Below, piece by piece: positions 18,477 to 27,308 of a stretch of DNA of 64,000 bases. Every line of letters starts with the position of its first letter. Position 1 is the first letter of the stretch. The notes below the pieces were generated by a model. It was given only the letters and a program-made list of their open reading frames with translations, was not told the origin of the DNA and ran no database searches. The stretch spans positions 4,912-68,911 of the forward strand of contig JBMNIR010000005.1 of assembly GCA_050951125.1 (NCBI GenBank), read 5' to 3'. Source of the DNA: Fermentimonas sp. (GTDB lineage: Bacteria > Bacteroidota > Bacteroidia > Bacteroidales > Dysgonomonadaceae). A program made the position numbers and the translations under genes.

Positions 18477-19298
18477 TTATTCAAACCGATTAAATTCTAG
18501 TCTATCAATCGTCCCTTTGTAATACGCGTATTCTCCTTCCGGCAAATGCCACATTACTTTAACGTTCTCGGAAATATTCAAGTTGTCCTGGGTTTTATAA
18601 CCCTCCACAATAACCGAGAACCTCACTTTCTTATAGCTGTTTTTGCCGGTTGTAAAATAGCGGTCGAGGGTTTCAAAATGGGTAAACAGTCCCTCTTCGT
18701 TAAAATAGAATATCCCTGAAACTTCAATCCCGTTATCCACGACTGTCCCACGAACCGAATAATCATCTATCGGTTCCCATTTTACATTATCCAACAACAG
18801 GTAGCCCGGGATAAGCATAAACTCGCAGAAGGTGGTTATCAATGCCGATTGAGCCACCTCTTTACTGTTATCAAAAGCTACTTTGATTAGATTCATCAAC
18901 TTTACATTCATCTCTCCATAGCCATCTCGATACAGGTCTCTTGCAGCCACCGGCATACCGGAAATCTTCATATAGGCCAACCTTCCTATGGGCTTCACGG
19001 AATTGAATTGTGTTGTATGAAGTTTTTTCCACTCTTTGTCGGGAGACATTTTCAACCAACTCTCGGTCCAACAGACATTGGCATTCACGGGAACAGGTTT
19101 GTTCATGTATCCACAAACCCTCAGGTACTTTTTCAAAGGTTCAGGTAGATCTTTGATTAATTCTTCGGTGAATGTTTCGATCTTATGACCCCTGTTCCTT
19201 TCAATTAATTCGGATTTTTCTTTCGTGAAAACGCTTTCCATACTGGCGCAGCTTGTAAACATCAACAACAGTAATAATACAGATACTGTCCTTTTCAT
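18477..19298 (-). CDS. Hypothetical lipoprotein
   Basis: 273-aa ORF with lipoprotein signal MKRTVSVLLLLLMFTSC. I recognise no motif. Confidence 0.6.
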   Translation of the reverse strand: MKRTVSVLLLLLMFTSCASMESVFTKEKSELIERNRGHKIETFTEELIKDLPEPLKKYLRVCGYMNKPVPVNANVCWTESWLKMSPDKEWKKLHTTQFNSVKPIGRLAYMKISGMPVAARDLYRDGYGEMNVKLMNLIKVAFDNSKEVAQSALITTFCEFMLIPGYLLLDNVKWEPIDDYSVRGTVVDNGIEVSGIFYFNEEGLFTHFETLDRYFTTGKNSYKKVRFSVIVEGYKTQDNLNISENVKVMWHLPEGEYAYYKGTIDRLEFNRFE

Positions 19299-19376
19299 AC
19301 GATTGTTTTAATATTGTATTTCAGTATATGAGGCAGTGACCTTGTGGGTTTAATGATTGCTTCGAACATGTCGGTT

Positions 19377-20540
19377 TCATTTGAAATATAGCTTGTCGTT
19401 TTCTTCTATTTGAGCTTTCAGATCAAGTAAAACCTCAATATAGTCGTCGGGCAAGTCTGCATGAATATCGTGATAGGATTTAAAACCTCCGATATATTTA
19501 CTGTTAGACACTAAATCAACGACTTTACGCGCATCTGTTTCGTCCATCGCGGCAAGTAGAATCCCGTTTTCATCGTAATAGCTAGGTGCAATCATTTCAC
19601 CGGGTGCAACATGCATCACGATGGTAGGCGATTGAATATTTTCTAAAATCTCTTCCAGGTCAAATCCTTCGAACCATGAAAAGTCGTAAAACGTTACACC
19701 AAACCGTAAATCATAATCGGCGGTTCCATCCTGCATATTGGCGTTTAAGGCGTAGAGAGCGTTTATCCCCAACTTCGGTGGGTAATACCATACCTTGGGA
19801 ATTTCACCGGGGTGCTTCTCTAAATAACTCAGGGCAGGCTCTTTTACAATCTTGTCCCACGCTCGTGGGTCTTTGCTATTAAACACTTCCCGCGTGTAGT
19901 CATGCTCTAATGAATACTCCATAAAGGTATCGATCTCATCTTGATGGAGATAGTCGTACATATTTTTAAAACCCAGCCATGAAATGGTTTTTTCCGCCCT
20001 CCCGGGAAGGGTAGAAAAGAAGGGACCATCTTCTAAGACGGTGGCTATAACATGGTCAGGTGCTTTGGCAGAAACGTAAGCGGCAAGCAAGGCCCCTGAA
20101 GAGTGGCCAGATATATACACCTTTCCCTTGATTACCTTTTCGATAAACCAAATGATATCGTTTCCTATTTCTACCGCTTTGTACTTATCGGGGTTTTTAG
20201 ATGAATTCCCGTGACCGTAGTAATCGAGAGCGTAAATATGAAAATGTTGGGATAGTTTTGGTAAGACCTTCGCGTAATCGTAGCAGCTCACCTGTTGACC
20301 GTGAAGCAAAAAAAGTTCTGGCCCATTGTCAGGACCCTCTATATAATAGATTTCAGAGCCATCATCCAACTTGGCTATATCCTCCCTAAAACCTAATTTA
20401 TATCCTTTTTTTTCTAAAAAACGCTCATTGAGGATGTCGTGATGCATATTCCGATAAGCAAAAACAGCAACAGCTACGATAACCGTTAGTGTTACTATTC
20501 CAATGATCACGACAACCTGAATTTTCATATCCAATGCCAC
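19377..20540 (-). CDS. Membrane-anchored alpha/beta-fold hydrolase
   Basis: 387-aa ORF with an N-terminal TM helix (VVVIIGIVTLTVIVAVAVFAY) and nucleophile elbow GHSSGA. Confidence 0.8.
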   Translation of the reverse strand: MALDMKIQVVVIIGIVTLTVIVAVAVFAYRNMHHDILNERFLEKKGYKLGFREDIAKLDDGSEIYYIEGPDNGPELFLLHGQQVSCYDYAKVLPKLSQHFHIYALDYYGHGNSSKNPDKYKAVEIGNDIIWFIEKVIKGKVYISGHSSGALLAAYVSAKAPDHVIATVLEDGPFFSTLPGRAEKTISWLGFKNMYDYLHQDEIDTFMEYSLEHDYTREVFNSKDPRAWDKIVKEPALSYLEKHPGEIPKVWYYPPKLGINALYALNANMQDGTADYDLRFGVTFYDFSWFEGFDLEEILENIQSPTIVMHVAPGEMIAPSYYDENGILLAAMDETDARKVVDLVSNSKYIGGFKSYHDIHADLPDDYIEVLLDLKAQIEENDKLYFK

Positions 20541-20559
20541 CCTTGAATTTCACCATAAA

Positions 20560-21159
20560 TCATGAACCATGCTTCTCTACTCCTTGTTTTCGTTTTACAT
20601 TTCTGCTACCGCAAACCATTAACCAAATGGCAAAAGTCACCTCCCAAAGTCCGCCGGGGGCGAGAAGATACATACTCCACGCCTTTCCAAACAGCTCCAT
20701 GAGAAAGCCAAAGGCAAAAACGGCGTAGCCTATCGCTCCCCAAATGGCCAACCAAGGCGGCGAGATTTTATGCTTGTACAATGTCAAACACATTGGAATA
20801 CTGCCAATGCCTAAAACCAACATAGCAAGATAATATCCAAAGTCATCAGATAGGTTTACCTTCAGGAATGTCGTAACAACTATACTACTTGAGAGGGCTA
20901 TCGCTTCAAACAATCTTGTTAAAAGATAAATATCACCAACCAGATAATTGTATCGGATTAATGTTTTTCTCAGTAAAATCCCGATAAACAGTACCATTAT
21001 CGAGTTGGCAATAATGAGTAATGCACCTACCTGTTTTTCCGGGTTATTCGTGCTGTCGAAAAGTTGGCTTCCGAGACCATAGGCTAAGAAGGCCAACAAG
21101 AAAAAAGCACCGATAACCCGGGCATGAGAAATTATAACAGGATTGCTGTTGTTTTGCAT
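20560..21159 (-). CDS. Multi-pass membrane protein (DUF4386-like)
   Basis: 199-aa ORF with 5-6 hydrophobic helices. The family assignment is from memory of the architecture only. Confidence 0.55.
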   Translation of the reverse strand: MQNNSNPVIISHARVIGAFFLLAFLAYGLGSQLFDSTNNPEKQVGALLIIANSIMVLFIGILLRKTLIRYNYLVGDIYLLTRLFEAIALSSSIVVTTFLKVNLSDDFGYYLAMLVLGIGSIPMCLTLYKHKISPPWLAIWGAIGYAVFAFGFLMELFGKAWSMYLLAPGGLWEVTFAIWLMVCGSRNVKRKQGVEKHGS

Positions 21160-21239
21160 TTCATCTGTTTATTATCTTGTCAAATGGGATACACCATCAA
21201 TCATCTCCTCGTGTTTGAAGGGGATCTCATTTGGCTATT

Positions 21240-22289
21240 TCATCTTTTCAATATTCTCTGAGTTAATGAAATCATTGTCTTAAAAGAGATATCCGGGTGC
21301 GCTGTTTGATTGACAGTACCGGCGATATAGATGTTTTCTTTTGGACTGTAAAATGCCAAAGCGCCTGAAAGTCCTGAATGTCCTATAAAGTATGGAATGG
21401 CACCTGTAGGATCAAAAATCCGAGGAAGCTTGAACAGATGAATGCCAATCCCTGCACGCATTGGGGGGAAGATTCTGTTCCATTCTTGCAATTTTTGTAT
21501 ATAGCCTAATGAGAACAGCTTGCCCATGAAAAATGCCTCAATAAAAACAAGCATATCCGCGGAAACTGAAACGATTCCACCATCCGCTCCAAAAGAGGTC
21601 ATTGCCTTGGGTATATTCAACTTATTGCTTTTGTGGTACAACATCTTGGGTGTTTCATCGGTGGCATCTTGATAGAGATAGGTCTTTGTCAAACCAAGAG
21701 GCTGAATAATAGATTCTTGACAATTTTCAGAATAGGATTTACCCGTGACAGCCTCAATGATTTTTCCTAAAAGCTGAAAATTGGCATCGGAATACTTCGC
21801 TTTTCCTTTCGTTCCAGGCACAAAAAGAGGAGACATTTTTTTTGACCTTTCAATGGATTCCTCAAAAGTCCAAAACTGATCATTACCCGCCATTAATTCA
21901 TCTTCCAAGCTCTTCCCGCTTGCTCCCTTGTCTTGAAAATAGTCGGGAAGTCCCGATGTGTGAGAAAGGAGATGCTTTATCGTTAATTCTTGGGAATACT
22001 CTTTCCCTTTATAAACATGCAGTCCGGATAAAATGGAAGCATCGATATATTTGGCTATTTTATCTTTAAGATTTAGCATGCCCTCTTCTCTCAGCTTCAG
22101 AATAATCGCGGTGGTAAACAGTTTCGTGGTACTGGCAATGAAGTAAGGTCGGTCTATGGTTAAATTACCCGATGCCCCTTGCCAGGTAAACGCATCTTTT
22201 TTTACAACAAAAGATGTTCCAAACACTTTTTTGCCGTCAACCACTTTATCCAATACGGCTTGAAGTGATTTTTCTTTATCCGTTGTCAT
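21240..22289 (-). CDS. Serine hydrolase of the beta-lactamase / DD-peptidase (class C-like) family, cytoplasmic
   Basis: 349-aa ORF with an SxxK motif (ASTTK) and a YxN motif (YSDANF). There is no signal peptide. Confidence 0.8.
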   Translation of the reverse strand: MTTDKEKSLQAVLDKVVDGKKVFGTSFVVKKDAFTWQGASGNLTIDRPYFIASTTKLFTTAIILKLREEGMLNLKDKIAKYIDASILSGLHVYKGKEYSQELTIKHLLSHTSGLPDYFQDKGASGKSLEDELMAGNDQFWTFEESIERSKKMSPLFVPGTKGKAKYSDANFQLLGKIIEAVTGKSYSENCQESIIQPLGLTKTYLYQDATDETPKMLYHKSNKLNIPKAMTSFGADGGIVSVSADMLVFIEAFFMGKLFSLGYIQKLQEWNRIFPPMRAGIGIHLFKLPRIFDPTGAIPYFIGHSGLSGALAFYSPKENIYIAGTVNQTAHPDISFKTMISLTQRILKR

Positions 22290-23034
22290 AATTAAATTCT
22301 TTTGAATGGTTTCTATATTTGAGCTTATTGTTCATTAAAATGTCAAACGTTAGGATTGTCAAAGACAGTAGGGTGCTGACAATAACAACCCAATAACTAT
22401 AATCGTCATACTTGTTGTCTGCCAAGGTGTTCACCAACATGATGACAAAAAGCGCCGAGCAGACAACCCAAAAATTTCTAAGAAAGAGATAAGCAAATCC
22501 CAATAACAATCCTATAACTCCCATAGTCGCAGCGAGCTCTAAATCTTGGAACAGTGAGTCAATGTAAAATGAGAGAAAGAAAAAGATGCCGATTGCAATA
22601 ACCAATAGTACGCTTTTCTTCTTGTCGTTTCTCCAACCTGTCACCATGTTGGGAATCAATAAAAACGCGAACAAACCAATACCAAGTGACATGGGAAAAA
22701 ACAGCAGGATATATTTCAGAAGCAAAAGCCAGGAATATTGCAGTGCGACGACCTTAAAAAGAGCCCCCGATAGTATGGTTGAAAACAGAATGGCTACAAG
22801 CAAGAAAAGATAACCTATTAACCTGTTTGACCCTGTCTCATTGTAGCTCCAACGAAACCTATTCTTGAAATAAATAGGAACGAAGCACCCTATTAGACCA
22901 GTAAAAACAATAGAAAACAATAAGCTTGACAGCAGTGAATATCGCGTCTTGATACTAATGAGTTGAGAAACTCCCCAACAGGTATAAAAAACCGCGATTG
23001 GAATAAATACCCAAAAGAGTGATTTCGTTTTCAT
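22276..23034 (-). CDS. Multi-pass membrane protein, function unknown
   Basis: 252-aa ORF with about 7 hydrophobic helices. It overlaps the next gene by 14 nt. Confidence 0.6.
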   Translation of the reverse strand: MKTKSLFWVFIPIAVFYTCWGVSQLISIKTRYSLLSSLLFSIVFTGLIGCFVPIYFKNRFRWSYNETGSNRLIGYLFLLVAILFSTILSGALFKVVALQYSWLLLLKYILLFFPMSLGIGLFAFLLIPNMVTGWRNDKKKSVLLVIAIGIFFFLSFYIDSLFQDLELAATMGVIGLLLGFAYLFLRNFWVVCSALFVIMLVNTLADNKYDDYSYWVVIVSTLLSLTILTFDILMNNKLKYRNHSKEFNYDNG

Positions 23035-23056
23035 CCACCTAACATTAAGACCAATA

Positions 23057-23064
23057 CAAAAATA
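23057..23064 (-). promoter_or_regulatory. Candidate -7 promoter box for the 23034-to-15578 gene string
   Basis: The minus strand reads TATTTTTG (TAnnTTTG), 22 nt upstream of the ATG at 23034. Confidence 0.4.
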
Positions 23065-23233
23065 TTCATCTTGTTTATAGGTATGAAAGAAAGGCTGTTA
23101 AGATTTTGTTAAGTTTTTATTACGTGGACGCCTTTCCGCTAAGATTTGGTTAAAATAAAGGTAGAGCTATCGCTGCTAGCCGTGATTAACGTAATTGAGA
23201 GGTAGTATGATAGCACTATCCTCCTGGCCATGG

Positions 23234-24127
23234 TTAAGGGCTAGCCGGGAAGACAGCCGAGTGGGTTTTTCTAATCAACTTGCTTATTTCAGCATCGGGT
23301 GCATAATCGGTAATGGAGGCGCAGTTAACCATAGCCTCCACCACGAGTGGATCAAAGGGTAACTTGCCTACAACCTTAATGTCGTTCTCGCTGCAATAGG
23401 CTTCAATTTCGGCAGATAATTCCCGGTTGATATCAAACTTGTTAATTAATACGCTGGTTGGCAGGTTAAAGCCAGCAGTAAGTTGAAGCGTACGTTTAAG
23501 GTCGTGCACACCCGAGACAGAGGGTTCCGTCACCACAAGAACAGCATCAACGCCCGTTATAGCGCTGATTGCAGAGCATCCGATACCCGGGGGGCCGTCA
23601 ATGATAATGCGCTTTATCTTGGATTCTTTCGCTATCTGTTTTGCCTTTTCACGAACCTTGCTAACCAATTTGCCCGAGTTCTCCTCCCCCGGTGCAAGCC
23701 GACCGTATACCATTCTGCCATTTTTAAAACGCCCGGCATAGAAACGGCTTCTATCCTCCTCGGCAATGGTGATGGCACCATGTGGACAGATGCGGGAACA
23801 TAACAGACACCCCTCACACAAAGTATCCACGATGGATAACCCATATTCATTCTCCACTATAGCATCGAATCTACAATAATCCACACAGATACCGCAATTT
23901 ATGCATTTTTCGTGATGGAGTATCGCCTTATGTCCTGAGACAAAAATATGCTCCTCATCGCAAACCGGGTTAAAGAGCAGGTAGAGATTGGCCGCATCCA
24001 CGTCGCAATCCGCCAGCACCATTTCGTTTTGTAAGGTGGCGAATGCTGCACTGATGCTACTTTTCCCCGTCCCACCCTTTCCACTGATTATCGCCAACTC
24101 CATAGTTACTTTTTTTAGCTTTCGCAT
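23234..24127 (-). CDS. MinD/Mrp-type P-loop ATPase with an inserted 2x[4Fe-4S] ferredoxin domain
   Basis: 297-aa ORF with Walker A SGKGGTGKSS and cluster motifs CINCGICVDYC and CEGCLLCSRIC. The ATG at 24103 (MELAIISGKGG) is the more likely start. Confidence 0.85.
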   Translation of the reverse strand: MRKLKKVTMELAIISGKGGTGKSSISAAFATLQNEMVLADCDVDAANLYLLFNPVCDEEHIFVSGHKAILHHEKCINCGICVDYCRFDAIVENEYGLSIVDTLCEGCLLCSRICPHGAITIAEEDRSRFYAGRFKNGRMVYGRLAPGEENSGKLVSKVREKAKQIAKESKIKRIIIDGPPGIGCSAISAITGVDAVLVVTEPSVSGVHDLKRTLQLTAGFNLPTSVLINKFDINRELSAEIEAYCSENDIKVVGKLPFDPLVVEAMVNCASITDYAPDAEISKLIRKTHSAVFPASP

Positions 24128-24486
24128 GTAACTGTTTTATCTCTTCCAGGCTCGACTGATGTAAATTTTGCGCCCCATCTTCTACTTGATTGCTAAAAGA
24201 AAAAAATTCTGTTTTACAGCACTTTTGCTCGCAACGGCATATACGAACAAGTTCATTTCTGCTCGTATTGCTTAACGCAAAAGTTCAGCTTCGCTTCAAA
24301 CAATTTTTCTTTTTTAACGCAATCTTAACAGATGTGTTCCCACAAAAATTTTCACACGGTAGATATTTTCTCGCCTCAGCATAATTCAAGCAAGCTTGAC
24401 TTTGTGTTCGGCTTATCACAAATATTTACGAGGTCATTACCCTGAAAGTGGAAACAATAACTAAAGCACACGAAAGAACCATCACT

Positions 24487-25380
24487 TTATATTATTTTTT
24501 CAAACAGCTCTTTAACACTATGATACAACTGAATAAACCTTGTTTTCCAGTCGGAACTCAGATTGGTAACCAGTTCGCCTTTCGAGTAGGCAACAGCAAT
24601 CTCCCGGTCAAACGGCACGCTCATAAGCAGGGGGATATTCTCCTGTTTCAGGTAGTTAAGGGCATCATCGGTTCCCATATCGGCCCGATTGATAATAACC
24701 CCGCACGGTATCCCCATCTCTTTTAAAATCGCCAGAGACTGCTTTAAATCGCTAAGACCAAAGGGGGTGGGTTCCGTCACCAGCACCACGAAATCGGCCC
24801 TGTAAACCGTTTGAATAAACGGGCACCCGGTGCCGGGCGGTGAATCCAGCAAGACCAAATCAAATGCGCTAGCCGCGTTAATTGCCGCCTTAATAATCTC
24901 TACCGATACGTGAACTCCAACCTCCATCCTACCCTCGATCAGCTCGTTACCCGTGGGGAAGCGGTACCGGTTGACATACCCTAGAAGGTCCTCTTTTTCA
25001 GATACGGCCCCATATTCGCATGCAACGGAACAAGCACCGCACCCGTGGCACAGCTCCTCCAGCACCTCAATGGTCGGTGGCTCTTCCAGGAAGAAAATAG
25101 CGTTAAAGTTGCAGTATTCATCGCATTTCCCGCAATAGGTGCACTTCAATTTCTCGATAACCGGCACCTTTTGGGTAACTGCTTTCGTATCTTGCAACAC
25201 TCCCTCCCGGAGGAACTCCCTATCGTTGGGCGCCTCCGCATCGCAATCGACCAGCGCCATATTCAATCCGCTGCCCAGCAGCGCGTTGAAAAGGTTGGTG
25301 GAAATGAAGGTCTTGCCGGTGCCCCCTTTACCACTAGCAATGGCTATAGTCATCGCTGTCATGGTTGCAGTAGTTGACAC
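24487..25380 (-). CDS. MinD/Mrp-type P-loop ATPase with an inserted 2x[4Fe-4S] ferredoxin domain
   Basis: 297-aa ORF with Walker A SGKGGTGKT and cluster motifs CTYCGKCDEYC and CHGCGACSVAC. Alternative starts lie at 25362 and 25353. Confidence 0.85.
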   Translation of the reverse strand: MSTTATMTAMTIAIASGKGGTGKTFISTNLFNALLGSGLNMALVDCDAEAPNDREFLREGVLQDTKAVTQKVPVIEKLKCTYCGKCDEYCNFNAIFFLEEPPTIEVLEELCHGCGACSVACEYGAVSEKEDLLGYVNRYRFPTGNELIEGRMEVGVHVSVEIIKAAINAASAFDLVLLDSPPGTGCPFIQTVYRADFVVLVTEPTPFGLSDLKQSLAILKEMGIPCGVIINRADMGTDDALNYLKQENIPLLMSVPFDREIAVAYSKGELVTNLSSDWKTRFIQLYHSVKELFEKII

Positions 25381-25696
25381 TTAGGGATAGCTTCCCGGCT
25401 AAAAAGTCGGTTACGATCTCCATCTCATTTTGCATGGGTGCCCCTACAAAAACGTTGATCCCTTGCTGATTGAACAAATCGATGGCTCGTTGCCCTATCC
25501 CCCCTGCAATCACGTCGGTAACCCCAAACAAGGCAATCCATCTAGGATATACACCCGGCTGATGCTCCGGTGGTACCTGTTTGCTTACTTCCACAATCTG
25601 ATTGTTTTGCACATCAACGATTGCGAAGTATTGGCAATGGCCGAAATGGGTAGCAAGCATCCCGTCTTTCATCGGGATAGCAATTTTTTTTGTCAT
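25334..25696 (-). CDS. NifX/NifB-C-terminal-like (dinitrogenase FeMo-cofactor-binding fold) small protein
   Basis: 120-aa ORF with ...LATHFGHCQYFAIVD... and ...VIAGGIGQRAIDLF..., both typical of this family. It has a Cys/His tail CNHDSDDYSHC. Confidence 0.8.
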   Translation of the reverse strand: MTKKIAIPMKDGMLATHFGHCQYFAIVDVQNNQIVEVSKQVPPEHQPGVYPRWIALFGVTDVIAGGIGQRAIDLFNQQGINVFVGAPMQNEMEIVTDFLAGKLSLSVNYCNHDSDDYSHC

Positions 25697-25720
25697 CGTT
25701 ACTTACTGTTATGAATCCAA

Positions 25721-26044
25721 TTAAAAACCCCTCAAACCCATGCCTCTGCCTTGCCTGTTCCTTCCTCCTCCTTGGCCAAAACCTCGTCTTCGACCAAAAC
25801 CTTTTCCGAAACAGCCTCGTCCAAAACCTTGTCTCCAACCAAAGCCTCGCCCCCAACCAAAGCCTTGTCCTGCACGACCCCGGCCAAAACCGAAGCCTCT
25901 CTCGTCTCTATTCACGTTTTCATATTGGGGCTCTTCTACAGTTTCAGAACCTCCTTTTTCAGCACCGTAATTGGTGCATTTGCCCATTTTACGTCCGGTC
26001 ATAGGACCTTCTCCCATGGGACCTTGTTGATCAAATCTTGGCAT
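25721..26044 (-). CDS. DUF5320-like Gly/Arg/Phe-rich low-complexity protein
   Basis: 107-aa ORF with N-terminus MPRFDQQGPMGEGPMTGRKMGKC. This is followed by GFGFGRGRAGQGFGWGRGFGWRQGFGRGCFGKGFGRRRGFGQGGGRNRQGRGMGLRGF. Confidence 0.7.
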   Translation of the reverse strand: MPRFDQQGPMGEGPMTGRKMGKCTNYGAEKGGSETVEEPQYENVNRDERGFGFGRGRAGQGFGWGRGFGWRQGFGRGCFGKGFGRRRGFGQGGGRNRQGRGMGLRGF

Positions 26045-26085
26045 AATATGTCTCCTTTTTGTAATGTTAATAAATTAGCGTTGAA

Positions 26086-26394
26086 TTAGTCAAGTTCTTT
26101 AATGATATCCGAAATGGTTTTATCCTTGTCATGTACTATTTCGATTTGAAGCTTGTTTAACATGGCTTCTGCTTTTCTTCCAAATTCCGGCGCCACGACC
26201 TTCTTCACCCCTTTCGATGCGATGAATTTCACGGCTTCCGGTCCGGCTCCCTCGAGGGAGTCCTTGGCTGGATTGGGGAAAAACTCGGTGGTTTTGCTAT
26301 CGCTATCGTAGATAGCAAAATAGGCACAGCGCCCGAAACGACTGTCTATCCTCGCGTCTAAACTCTTTTTTTCTGATACAATGGCAATTCTCAT
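26086..26394 (-). CDS. NifX/NifB-C-terminal-like small protein
   Basis: 102-aa ORF reading MRIAIVSEKKSLDARIDSRFGRCAYFAIYD... GAGPEAVKFIASKGVKKVVAPEFG. Confidence 0.8.
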   Translation of the reverse strand: MRIAIVSEKKSLDARIDSRFGRCAYFAIYDSDSKTTEFFPNPAKDSLEGAGPEAVKFIASKGVKKVVAPEFGRKAEAMLNKLQIEIVHDKDKTISDIIKELD

Positions 26395-26428
26395 GTGATT
26401 ATTTTTTAAAATGTTAATGTATAGTATT

Positions 26429-27271
26429 TTACTTGTTAGTTTTAATTTCTAATTCATATCCAACATGAAATTGTGTGAGCTGATTTCTTAACACGCTTTT
26501 CAACTGATTAAAGGCAGCCTCGCCAGTACAGTGTCCCGTCACGAAACGAGTTAAAGGGAAACGGTGCTTAAGCGTTTGTCCCAGCCTATCAATCTCTTCC
26601 GCGGACTCAAAATCGAGGTCGCCCTGACTGTCCAAGAGGTGAAACCCTCCCATCACCCAATCGATCTGCCCCACCCCGTCAGCCGTTGCACTCTCCAGGA
26701 TATTGAGCAAACCGCGATGACCACACCCCGTGAACAGGAATCGCCTCTCTTTTCCAAAGGTAATGATCAGTTCATGGTCAAAATCATCGTTTACCAATCC
26801 AGTCGAACTGCTTTTAAAGAGTGTTTGATTGGCTTTCGGCATCGGGTGTTTTGTGATGTTACCCCTGAAAACAGCTATATCTTCTTCAAAAGAGGCTCTT
26901 TCTTCAACCGCGATCAGACGATCTTCGAGGGCATCGAAATCAAAGTCAATGCTTATTTTCCTCGACTTGCCTCTCGTAGAATAAAACTCCCACTGCAATA
27001 AGTGAGAAGAGAGAACTATTTTCGCCTTCTCGTTTATTTCTAAAAAAGCCGGTAGTCCGCCTATATGGTCAGCATGTCCGTGAGAGACAAAGAGATAGTC
27101 TACATCCCTTAAGTCAATATTCATGAGCTTCGCGTTGCGTGTAAACAAACCTGAAGCTCCCACATCGAGCAAACATGTATAATTGTCTGTTTCAAGGTAA
27201 ACAGAGAGAGCATGTTCGGTCTCAAAATCCGTTTTCAATGCCCTATTATCCGATAATACTACAACCCTCAT
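26429..27271 (-). CDS. MBL-fold metallo-hydrolase
   Basis: 280-aa ORF with metal-binding motif SHGHADHIGG and a later GCGH. Confidence 0.85.
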   Translation of the reverse strand: MRVVVLSDNRALKTDFETEHALSVYLETDNYTCLLDVGASGLFTRNAKLMNIDLRDVDYLFVSHGHADHIGGLPAFLEINEKAKIVLSSHLLQWEFYSTRGKSRKISIDFDFDALEDRLIAVEERASFEEDIAVFRGNITKHPMPKANQTLFKSSSTGLVNDDFDHELIITFGKERRFLFTGCGHRGLLNILESATADGVGQIDWVMGGFHLLDSQGDLDFESAEEIDRLGQTLKHRFPLTRFVTGHCTGEAAFNQLKSVLRNQLTQFHVGYELEIKTNK

Positions 27272-27308
27272 GATTAACTATCTTTTTAAATCACCGTGTT
27301 CACCTGAT

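Noticed and set aside
15578-23233. The AT-rich cluster as a mobile genomic island.
   Set aside because: No integrase, transposase, flanking direct repeats or tRNA target are visible at either edge. Only the compositional argument remains, so I report it as a compositionally distinct operon and not as a mobile element.
24376-24486. A 36-codon Cys-rich in-frame extension (SDGSFVCFSYCFHFQGNDLVNICDK...) after the TAA of ATPase gene 24487-25380.
   Set aside because: There is no evidence for read-through, and the ATPase already ends at a plausible C-terminus. It is noted only as part of the unusual spacer.
25690-26089. Three overlapping plus-strand ORFs (104, 76 and 112 aa) rich in Pro, Lys and Ser.
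   Set aside because: They are mirror images of the Gly/Arg-rich minus-strand DUF5320-like gene. The minus-strand ORF has a recognisable conserved N-terminal head and fits the operon.
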